The position numbers and the translations under genes are program-made. Of a DNA stretch of 64,000 nucleotides, positions 40,701 through 52,800 are shown piece after piece. Origin of the DNA: the human T2T-CHM13v2.0 reference genome, Homo sapiens; the NCBI RefSeq assembly GCF_009914755.1, contig NC_060926.1; one strand, given 5' to 3'. Every line of letters starts with the position of its first letter. Within the stretch, counting starts at the first letter, position 1. A model generated the notes under the pieces. That model made no database searches, was not told where the DNA came from, and saw only the letters and a program-made list of their open reading frames with translations.

Positions 40701-42721
40701 GCAGAATTAGCAACAAAAAGGTAATATTCCTTAACTTTATGGGATGAATCTAATTCAATATTAATATTTACTGATAATATAAGACTATTAGTTCAGTATA
40801 GAATTCTATACTTTTCATTTATTTACACATTACAGAAAGATTAATAATATGACTGAATAAATATAAGCATGTATCATACACAATGTTATAATTTTTAATT
40901 TTCTATCTTTCTCATTTTATTTTACAGGTTTAATTTTGTTTTTATAGTATATTTTTACAATCATATATGTTTTCCTATGTTCTTTGAAAGCCAAAACTTT
41001 TTTGAAAATACAACTTATTTTATGTCTAATTTTCAGTGGTTAGAAGATTGGATTGATTTGGGCTCAAGTTCATGATTTTTGGCAGAAGTGATGTAAAATA
41101 ATTAAATTTTGAAGAGCTAAATTATTATCAGACAGAAATGTGAATCTCTTATATTGAAAGTGAGATACAGACTTTAATTCAACATTCAGATTTAGAATAA
41201 TACATATATGAAATTTTGGATTATATCTTAGTTTTAAAGCATATATCATTTAGTTTTCAAATTATTTAAATATTAATAGATTATATTTTTACACTTAATT
41301 TGTGCACTAATACACTTTTATGCCTAAAGACACACACAAAAAAACTTAACATTGAGTAATCAGATAAAAATGCAAACCCTAAATATTTAGTAAAAATTGG
41401 TTTTAGAATCCAGAGGTAAAAACAGAATTTAATAAAATGCTTTACAAATCACAACAAAACAACGACTTTTAATGTTTAAAAATTAACTATTTTTAGTATT
41501 TTATTTTAATTTTCTACATTTAGTATGTATAGCCACAAGCATATTTGTTAACCCAGTCCATTGTAGACGTATCTTTCTGCAAAAAAACAAAACAAAGCAA
41601 AATGATACTCAGATTTTCTAAACTTTTGTTGTTTAGGATGTTATAAAATATTGACTTAGCTCCTCTTTATAAATCCAGTCTCAATGCAATCAGAGATCTA
41701 ATGAAAAATTTTTTGTATCTATACCAAAATCAAGACTTGAAGTAGTTAATTATTGAAAGAATATCTGTTAGGCAATGTTTGGGGAAAACAGTTTTGGAAA
41801 GGGATATATCATGCTGTGTATGGCATAATGGATATAATTTTATAAAAACACAATATAGGGTATTAATTTGGTTATAAAGTATTGTAATAGTTCTTCCTCC
41901 CAAATAGGTAAATGGATAAAATTATTATTTTTATTTTATTTGAAAATAATTTTTTATAAAGTATACACATAAGTGGAAGGGACTCAAGAAAAGAATGAAT
42001 GAGTAGGAGAAAGTGAATGGAGGAAAGAAAACATGTACTTAATATTTCCTGATATAAGCCAATATTAAGTAATACAGGACAAAAGAAAAGTATTCTGGAT
42101 TGCCTAGGAGGCACAAAGATTTAAAATATAGAAAATATTTGCATGTGTATTTAGAAAATTTGTTTATTCTGGTTATTTTTATTTAGTCATTGAAAAGACA
42201 CAGTTGAAGTATTTTACAAGTCATTAGAAGGGAGCCATCTAGTTCTTTCTGATATGTCAATATTTTACTTATAAATATTATTCTAGAACCTACATATGTA
42301 TGCATTTAGTATATATACTATATATTTTATGGTAAAATAGTCACTATGAGTGTTGGCTTTTTAAGGTGGGGGTCAAAAATGCTACAAAAAATTATCCCTG
42401 TGTGTCTATATATGCGTGTATGAATATGTATTTATATGTGTATATATGTTTATATATACAGTAATCTATTCAAATACTCTCAATACCTTGACTCCCCAGA
42501 TACTCTCTCGTATATTTTGCTTTATAAATATCGAGGTATAATATAAACCTTTAATATCCCAAATGCCATAGCAAAATATAAACATTTTGATTTATGATAA
42601 CTCTCAAATTAAAGGCCCAGTGAATTCAAATAGCAAAAAGGACTAGGCAATTAATTTTCAATAAATGTTTGACTTGAGCCATTTGTTAAGTATAACACAT
42701 ATTAGGTTTTTGTCTGCAGAT

Positions 42722-42943
42722 TATGAATGGACAAACTATCGCCCAGGACTAAATCCAGTCTGAAATACTGGTGAAAAACTTAGTGAAGTAAGTTTTATTA
42801 AAGCACAGCTTTACCCTTTGTCTATGTACTGCCTATGACTGGCTTTTTCTGACACTAGGAGAGTTGAGGAGTTGGAACAAATACTATATGGTCTCCAAAG
42901 ACTAAAATATTTGCAATTTTTATAGAGAATTTGCCAACGCCTG
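42722..42943. mobile_element. MER58A-like (hAT) MITE
   Basis: caaactatcgccc...taagttttattaaagcacagc...agagttgaggagttg...ctaaaatatttgc...tttgccaacgcctg. Confidence 0.75.
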
Positions 42944-43105
42944 CTATAGGTGATGATCATATCCGGTTGTAAGAATTCATCTGGATCTTAGATTATTAAC
43001 AAATCAATTATATGTGTTCACAGCTGTTCTGGCACCAGTGCACACATTTGCATACAGAATCATGTACTTATTTTTTTAGATTTACCCTCAATTTGAGAGT
43101 CATAG

Positions 43106-43463
<358 letters not shown>

Positions 43464-44243
43464 GAAACATTTTTATTTTCATGAGATTGATCAAATACAC
43501 TAAAAACCATTCTATTATATGGATTTCCACCAGAATAAGAGCGTAGAAATAGTGTTTAAATGAAAAATATCTCTGAAAAGGTGTCTTTATATGTATAAGA
43601 AATTTTCATTAGGTGTCAAATGCTATATAATACTTTCTTTGCAATATAATCATTTCCACGCTCAACATTAATTTTTACAGACTCTTTCAAAGTGAGAGTA
43701 ATAATAAGATATTGGATGTACAGATGCATTTCTAAATGACAGGCACTGAGGTGTTACAAATTTGCAGTAAAAATCTGCTTGCACATTTGTCAGATGTTCC
43801 ACTTTGGGGATGGCACGCTATGGAGGTGGCAAATTACGCTTACAATTAAATGCTAGGATTCAGCCAAGCCCATCAGGTATATAGCATCAAAATCATTGAC
43901 AAGGAAATGACACATAAACACCAGCTGTAGTGCATACCGATGGCATGCTCTTCATTCCTTTATAGTGTCAGTAGCCTTGCATAGTAATTTACTTTCTAAG
44001 TTGTTTCATAGATAAAACCACCTTTTTAATTCATTAGTAAATTGAATCAAGAACCGATGATAACCTATTGTCAATTTTATCATAAACTGGTCAAATATGT
44101 ATTACTAAGATTATTAGTATCATGGTCTTCTAGATACCTAGGATAGAACTTTCTTTTATTTCCTTTTCTATTTTATTAAAATATATAGAGCATAAAAATA
44201 CACGCATTATAGTACCAGCATTGGGATAGAATTTAAATATTGA

Positions 44244-44425
44244 AGCCAGGTGTGGTGTTGCACACCTACAGTTCTAGCTACTGAGGAGGCTGAGGCAAGA
44301 AAATCCCTTAAGGCCAAGAGTTTGAGACTGCAATGTGCAATTATGGCACCTGTGAATAGCAACTGAACTCCATCCTGGGCAACATAGTGAGACACTATCT
44401 CCAAAAAAGTAATAATAATAAAGAA
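44244..44425 (+). mobile_element. FAM (fossil Alu monomer, 7SL-derived)
   Basis: Monomer retaining the 7SL segment cctgtgaatagc(a)actg(a)actcca before ctgggcaacatagtgagac. Confidence 0.85.
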
Positions 44426-45163
44426 AATAAGTCATCAAAATTTAGTGAAAATGAATCTATACAGGATTTTAGCCTCCATCTTAATTAATATTTTAACATT
44501 TCAAAATTTACAACATGGCAGTCAAACATCATTTTAGGAGTTTTCTTCCTAGCTTTGCAGATTAATTCAGCAGAAAACTAGCATTACAAAAAAGTTGTTA
44601 TTATTTTAGAAAAGGTGAGAACACAGTCGCCCATCACTCGGGAATCATTCAAACATGGACAAAGTTTTAAGTCACTTATTGTAGTTTGAGTTGTATGACT
44701 TACACAAATACCTAAATAACATACTAATAAAAAACTCTGAATTCCAGCAGTGCTATTGGCAAACCATAGTCAGTTTCTTTAATTATATATTTAGGAAACC
44801 TTTCCTATATTAACTTTCTTGTAGATTTGAATATCAGTTACCTGGCCCTACAAGCTCCATAATAACTCTGAGACCACCTAATATTCAACTAAAATGAAAA
44901 ATGGCCATGTCTTTTCTAGTCCTGCTGTCTCTAGTTCGCCAACCACACATTGTCTGAGTTGGGATATTCTGTGAAATCTGGTCAGAGTCCCAGAGGGAAA
45001 AATGTAGAGGGAAACCTTTGAGTAATGAGAAAGAACTCAAGGAGAGCAGAAAACAATTCCTTACAGTTTCTTTCCCTTTCCCCTTAATAGTTTCGGTGAA
45101 GATAAAGATTAAAAAAACACAATGGAATAAAGAACTTTTTATTTTTCCCCTCTTCTCTGACAG

Positions 45164-45215
45164 CTCTCTGTGTCAGATTTGACCTTGGAAGATCACAGAG
45201 GAAAAGCGAGAAGGA
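45164..45215 (+). other. Candidate 52-nt internal exon
   Basis: Pyrimidine tract tttttatttttcccctcttctctgacag|, purine-rich body, and donor gga|gtaagg, in non-repeat sequence; host gene not recognised. Confidence 0.55.
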
Positions 45216-45839
45216 GTAAGGATCCTTTTTTATGAAAGTACATAGGCAGTGGCCAATGAAGTCCTCAAATGAAAGGAAAAAAGGGGACAAAATTCCTATA
45301 AGTATCATTTACAATAGGGGTGTGCGGGCTCTACCTGCTGGGAGGTGGGTAGCTGTTGGCACTGGAAAGCACTTTTCTTTCTAGGAAAAAGAGCTAAAAC
45401 ATGATGAACAAAAGTAAGAAGATTGTTGTTGATTGTGAGGCTGTTGCCCTGACTGTATTTGGAGTTATTTTCTTGAGGAAATACAATTTCTCTCACTCTC
45501 CATAAAATGTAAGCAGCATGGGTTTATTATGTTTGTTAATGTTAACATTGGTGAGAGTAAAGAATACATAAAAATAAATAATGAAATAATAACTCGTGAA
45601 AAACAAGGCACCAGTATTAAAGTCAAGCAACCCCACCTCATTAGTAGTGCATAACACTAAAAAAGAAATGCCAAAATAAATATTCAGTCATATATAAGCT
45701 GCTTGTTTGTGTTATAGTGAGGTGAATATCATCTGTGGAACTACATGGAAGATGTCGGAGAGTCGGCTTTGAGTGGAGTTGTCAGAAGTCACATTACTGT
45801 TGAATTTTACTATATTTAATTGTTCATTTTAACCAGAAA

Positions 45840-46200
45840 AGTATTTATTCATACAAAGTGGTTTAAAATTGTGTTTTATGGATTATAAGGTAACTTAGTA
45901 GGCACTATGATAATTAAAAAAAAAGTATAAAACTGCTCTCTAAACTCAAAGTCTTTATAATCTATTTGAGGAAGTAATATACGTTACTCATATGAAGATA
46001 ACCAATATGAGAAAACTGTTAAAATTGTCAGGTGCTCATTTCTGAATGGTGAGATAAGAAAATTGAGGGAGAATTAGGGTTTGAGCTGGATATTGAAAAT
46101 TTGGCAGGATTTAAAGTAATAGGAAATAGGACATTTCTAGAAAGAAAAACATGGTGACAAATATTGGTTGAGATTCTGGTCACCTTGTAGAAGATTTTGC
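45840..46200 (-). mobile_element. L2 fragment
   Basis: taggcactatg...tttgagctggatattgaaaatttggcaggattt...gacatttctagaaagaaaaac. Confidence 0.5.
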
Positions 46201-46479
46201 CTGAGTTAAGAGTTTTTTGAGTAACAGTATCAGGGGCAGAATATAAGGGCAAGGCAGAGATCCTTTCTATTCTAATTGAATAGAAATTTAGCAGAAATTT
46301 AAGAAGTGAATGAAAGTATGCAGTTTTACGTTGTGATTTTTCACAATTTTATTTAACCATCTGCCCAGGGTTTTCAAAGCAAAAATTTAGTGTTATATGA
46401 CATGTGCCTGCCACTACAGGTCTATTCTATCTTCTGAAGTCCTCAAATCACCCCTATGACAACCATTCAAAATATATTA

Positions 46480-46783
46480 TGGTTCACCAAACATACCTTG
46501 TTCTTCTTTCCTCATAAAACTTTCTTTAGACCTCTGCTATTTTTTCCATCAAGATGAAGCTCTTCTTTGATTGTCTCCCTTCTGGATGCCTTCAGTACAT
46601 GCTTCAGGTTTTTACCACTGTGTGCTTGAAACACTTACTATATACTTTAGGGCATGTTTGAGAAAGGCAGCTTTTTTTTTTTTTTTTTTTTTTTTTGTCT
46701 TGTCTACTACTCTGTTCCAAGCACCTAAAATAGTACCAAAGCATAGATATTCCTCAAAAGAGTGTGTATTGGCTGAAGACTGA
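46480..46783 (+). mobile_element. L2 3' end
   Basis: tttgagaaaggcagc...gtcttgtc...ccaagcacctaaaatagtacc...ctcaaaagagtgtgtattggctgaagactga. Confidence 0.55.
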
Positions 46784-46974
46784 TTTCTCTCAGGGTAGGC
46801 AACTTGTGTTATTTTGAAAGGTAGAAACTGCCATACAGTTCCTGATAGTTCCATGTTTGAGATAGTTTCATTATATATCAATACATTGCTATTAAATGAA
46901 TGGTTGATTGGAAAGACAAATGCCTAACCTGAATTATTGAAAAGTACAAAACTAATATGTTGATTAAAAAAGTC

Positions 46975-47105
46975 TCTAGCCTGAGAATTTCATTGTGATT
47001 TCCAGTACTACTTTGATTCAAAATTGCTGTTTTGCACTCGATAAGTTAGAGAAGTTATTCAGACGTCAGTTTTCTCATTTGTTAAATTAAGGAGCTGGAC
47101 ACTGT
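46975..47105 (+). mobile_element. MIR/MIR3 fragment
   Basis: tcagttttctcatttgttaaattaaggagctggac. Confidence 0.5.
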
Positions 47106-49829
47106 ACAACTCTATTACTTGTTAGGAGCTATTTTTACACATTCACCCAATATATTCTTCAATAAAACCTCTGCTTCAAAGGTTGCTGCTTTGCTCCACA
47201 AACACGTAATTTAACACCTAATTGTCTCCACATTATAGGAAATGAGAAAGTTGTCATGGAAAGGTCATTGAGAAGAATTTATTCAGCACAGCATGGCAGT
47301 TTCTGGCTTTCAAGAGCTGCCTGGGATATAATCACTTGTCTGGTAGCTGAGAGGCCTTTCTAAACCTGAGTAGATTTTCCTGACCTACTTAAAATCCACT
47401 TATATTTCTGGCATCTTTTTAAAACGTGGGGACTTAATTTGACATATGTAAATGAGATCTCCGTCACCTGGGTAGTTGCTCTTGCATATCTGTTGGGTTA
47501 ATAGGTATAGTTTTAAGCATTTCCTTTGTGTAGGTAGAATTTTAAGTATAAGAGAAATTCTGGCCTATGAAGGGCCTGACATTTTTAAATACCTGTAGCC
47601 CTTGTCTACATCACATTGTTGCTATCAAGAACAGACATTGCTAGCCTCAACTCTGAGTTTTGCTTTGGAATTTACAAGAATATCTTCTTTATAGAAAATT
47701 AAAGTTATTCTTGAGGAAGAAATTGATCAATAGAAATAACGTAAAACGTACAAATATTTTCTCATGAATGTTAGTGCTCTGATGAGTGATTACCAATTAC
47801 TACAATTTGAAAGTCAGTGAGTGATACAGTGAAGTTAGTGTAAGAAGTTCAGAAATCCACATTATCCACAGATTAAGTAATCATCCACAAGACCTATTTT
47901 TCAGTACCGATAGATGCTGTTAAAAAATAAAATAAAATAATTATCAAATCCATACTAGGTTTTGCAATCTAATATTTTCTCAAATAATATGTACTAAAAA
48001 TAAAGCCCTCACTTGGAGTTATTATTCTTAACCTGTTATTTTAAAATGTTGGACTTCATGAGAAAAAATAAATAAATTATATGAGGGTATTGTGCTATGT
48101 TCATAATTCTGTGTTTTCTTATCTGTTAAAGTTAAACATAAATGGACATTATAATAAAATAGTAGTAAAATAATATTATAAATCAGAATAATATATAGCT
48201 ACTTGATTTTATTTTCATGATTCATAGTTTCAAAATATTTCTAAAATAGAGATAGGTTGTAAAATCAGTGTATATGCTAGTCTTATTATTTAATATCTAT
48301 AAAGCAGTTTTAATTTAATTATGTCTTTTAAATTTACTAATGTACGGATTCATAGGATATAATAAATTTTTTCCTGGATAGAATTCATAAGGGGTGCTGT
48401 TATATAAAATGAATATACTAACCTTAAAAATAATCGCAACATGTAATATAGATAGTTAACATCTTACAATGAATGAAATGCTATCACATTGACTCTATCA
48501 AGATGAGGAAATGATATCTGGAGTGCATGTAAAAAAAGGCCACAATTTGATTTGGTTTTTGTATTTGTGTTGCTGTGGCATGTTAGTTTGTGGCCTCTTG
48601 TCAATTTGTCTTGTTTTGATACATATAAACACCAAGTGCCTTAAATCTCTAAAATGTCATTTTAAAATATACAGGTACAGTACATAAGCTGTCATTTGAC
48701 AAATGCATTATGAACACAGAGCCAGGAACATAACATCTTTCATCATCCCATTTTCCTCACTGCTGATTCTCGTTTCCCTCAGGCAATAAAAGACTCCAGA
48801 GATTCCTTAATGGAATACAACTTTAGGCTACAACTTTATTAGCTTAAACCAAGAATATGGCAATTGTTCCCAGATGGATTCAGCAAGCCACTAGGCAGCA
48901 ATGGCGCCTAATTCCCCAAGTGACTGTTTGATATCTCTTTTGACACCTACTTGCCTTTTATGATGGGAATTGGGCTCTCCCTCCTACCTAATTCTTTTAT
49001 TTGGAATACAGTTTTACCTTTGGAGGGCATATTTGCAATATAGTTTTATCCTTCGAGGGGCTGTGTTTATCATTTGGCACTTTCTCCATTAGAGAATTTC
49101 AAGATTTAAAGAAAGTAGTTTCTGTTTCTAAGTAATTGTAAGATTGTGAAAGTTCTAACTCTTAAGCTCAGGGATTTCTCCCTTTCTGGGTATTTATTTT
49201 TACAATTATTCAACGTTCAATGTTCCTTTTTATCTTCTTCATGACTTCTTTAGAATTTGATCTTTAGAACTAATTTTTGCCATAAACATGGTCAAAACTG
49301 TCTCATTTATCAACCGATCAATCATTCAAGCCTTCTTTAGATTCCCACAATGTTACCGTTATCTCCCCTGACTTGCTAAACCTTTGAAAGTGTTGTCTCA
49401 TCATGCTGTTTCTTGTTTGGGAGTATTTTTTTTGTCATTGCTGCTGTTGTTGTTTTACCTCTCTCTCACTCCTCTACTCAGATGAGGGACAGCATGGATG
49501 CTTGAAATGATTTCCATAGCTACCAGTACTTTTTAATAATTAGATCACAAGTTTTTAATGGTGAGAAGGGATGTTGAGACCAGGAAGTGTAAAATTTTAA
49601 ATGAAGTTTATGCTTGATTAAGGGTGTTGAAATATATCTTAAGTACTTCAGCCATTTAAAATTTTAGCAGATCAGTACGTTATTAATATTTGTAGTTAAA
49701 AGAGGGCAGTATTAACACTGTAAATATTGTATTTAAAGAAAAAGGAAAGCAAGAAGACCAGTAAAACCATGAGCATTTGGAGAAGTGGTCATGGTAGTGA
49801 AGATATAAAGTGGGAAGATGAATAGAGAG

Positions 49830-52800
49830 ATAATCAGTACCTTTCTGGGACAGAGCTCCCAGAGAAAGGAGCAGGCTGTCATCTTTGCTGTTTCAGTCTC
49901 CACTGGTGATATCTGGAGGTAAGGGATAAAAACAAAGCCACTAGGGTCTGGAGTGATCCCCCAGCAAACTACAGCAGCCCTATAGAAAAATGGCCTGACT
50001 GTTAAAATAAAAATAAACAAACAGAAAGCAGCAACAAAAACATCAACAAAAAAGACCCCACACAAACTCCATTCAAAACTCAGCAACCTGAAAAATCAAA
50101 GGTAAATAAGCCCACAAGGATAAGAAAGAATCAATGCAAAAACACTCAAAACTAAAAAAACCAGAGTACCTCTCCTCCAAATGACCACAATACCTCTCCA
50201 ACAAGGACACAGAACTGGGCTCTGGCCAAGATGGCTGAATTGACAGAAGGAGGCTTCAGAAAGTGGGTAATAATGAGCTTTGCTGAGCCAAAGGAGCATA
50301 TTGTAACCCAATGCAAGGAAACTAAGAATCATGGTAAAGCAATACAGGAGCTGATAACGAGAAGAGCCAGTTTAGAGAGGAGCATAACTGACCTCATGGA
50401 GCTGAAAAACACAACACAAGAAATTCACAATACAGTCACAGGTATCAATACCAGAATACACTGAACAGAGGTAAGAATTACAGAGCTTGAAGACTATCTT
50501 TCCGAAATAAGACAGGCAGAAAAGGACAGAGGAAAAAAGAATGAAAAGTAACAAACAAAACCTCTGAGAAATAAGGGACTATGTAAAATGACTTAATCTA
50601 CAACAGATTGGGGTACCTGAAAGAGACAGGAGAATGGAACCAATTTGGAAAACATACTTCAGGATATCATCTAGGAGACCTTCCTCAAACTAGCAAGACA
50701 GGCCATCATTCAAATTCAGGAAATCCAGAGAACCCCAGTAAGATACAACATAAGAAGATCAACCCCAAGACACATAATCTTCAGATTCTCTAACATTGAA
50801 ATTAAAGACAAAATATTAAGGGCAGATAGAGAGAAAGAACAGGTAACCTACAAAGGGAATCTCATCAGACTAACAGTGGAACTCTCAGCAGAAACCTTAC
50901 AATCCACAAGAGACTGGGGGCTAATATTCAATATTTTTAAAGAAAATAATTTGCAACCCAGAATTGGATATCTGTCCAAACTAAGCTTCAGAAGTGAAAG
51001 AGAAAGAGGATCCTTTACAGACAAACAAATGCTGAGGGAATTTGTCACCACCAGACCTGCCTTGCAAGAGCTCCTGAAGGAAGCACTAAATATGGAAAGG
51101 AAAAACCATTACCAGCCACTAAAAAAAATACTGTAATCCACAAACCAATGACACTATGAAGCAACCACATAAACAAGTCTGCAAAATAACCAGCTAGCAT
51201 CATGATGGCAGGATCAAATTCACACATAAAAATATTAACCTTAAATGTAAATGGGCTAAATGCCCCAGTTAAAAGACACAGAATGGCAAGCTGGATAGAG
51301 TCATGGCCCATTGATATGCTGTCCTCAATAGATCCACCTCAAGTGTAAAGGCAGACATAGGCTCAAAAAAAAGGGATAGAGGAAAATTTAGAAGGCAAAT
51401 AAAAAACAAAAAGCAGGAGTTGCAATTCTAGTTTCTGACAAAACAGACTTCAAACCAACACACATGGAAAAAAATAAAAAAGACAAAGAAGGGAGTTACA
51501 AAATGGTAAGGGGTTCAGTTCAACTGGAAGACCTAACTATTCTAAATATATATGCATCCAACACAGGAGCACCTAGTTTCATAAAGGAAGTTCTTAGAGA
51601 CCTACAAAGAGACTAGGACTCCCACACAATACTAGTAGGAGTCTAACACCCCACTGACAATAATAGACAGATCATTGAGACAGAAAATTAACGAAGATAT
51701 TAAGGACCTCAACTTCAACTCACCTCTAGATCAAGCAGACCTGATAGATATCTACAGAACTCTCCACCCAAAAGTGATAGAATACACATTCTTCTCATTG
51801 CCACATGGCACTTACTCACTCTAACATTGATCTCATAATCAGAAGTAAAACACTCCTCAGCAAATGCAAAAGAAAGGAAATTAAAAAAAAAGTCTGTCAG
51901 ATGACAGCACAATCAAATTACAACTCAAGACTAAGAAATTTACTCAAAACCACACAACTACATGGACCCTGAACAACCTGCTTCTGGATGACTCCTGGGC
52001 AAATAATGAAATCAAGGCAGAAATCAAGAAGTTCTTTAAATCTAGTGAGAACAAAGAGGCAGTATATCAGAATCTCTGGGACACAGCTAAAGTAGTGTTA
52101 AGAGGGAAATTTATAGCACTGAATGCCCACATCAAAAAGTTAGAAAAATCTCAAATTAGCAACCTAACATCACAACAAAAGTAACTAGAGAACCAAGAGA
52201 AAACAAACCCAAAATCTAGCAGAAGACAAGAAATAACCAAGATCAGAGTGAAGCTGGAGGAGATGGAGACACGAAGAACCCTTCAAAAAACCAATGAATG
52301 GAGGAGCTGTTTTTAAAAAAAAAAATTTAATAAAATAGACTGCTAGCTTGACTAATAAATAATAAAAGAGGGAAGAATCAAATGACACAATCAGAAAGGA
52401 TAAGGGGGATATCACCACTGACCCCGCAGAAATAAAAACAACCATCACAGAATACTATAAACACCTCTATGCACATAAACTAGAAAATCTAGAAGAAATT
52501 GATCAATTCCTGGGAACATATACCCTCCCAAGAATGAATCAGGGAGAAATTGAATCCCTGACTAGACCAATAATGAGTTCTGAAATTAAGGCAGTAATAA
52601 AGAGCCTACCAACCAAAACAAGCCCATGACCAGATGGATTTACAACTAAATTTTACCGGGGGTACAAAGAAGAGCTGGTATCATTTCTATTGAAACTATT
52701 CCAAAAATTAAAAACAATGGACTCCTCTCTAACTCATTATATCAGGCCAGCATCCTCCTGATACTAAAACCTGGCAGATATACAACAAACAAAGGAAACT

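Noticed and set aside
48885-48910. CTCF-like words ccactaggcagca / cagcaatggcgcc
   Set aside because: Neither matches the CCASYAGRKGGC core well enough
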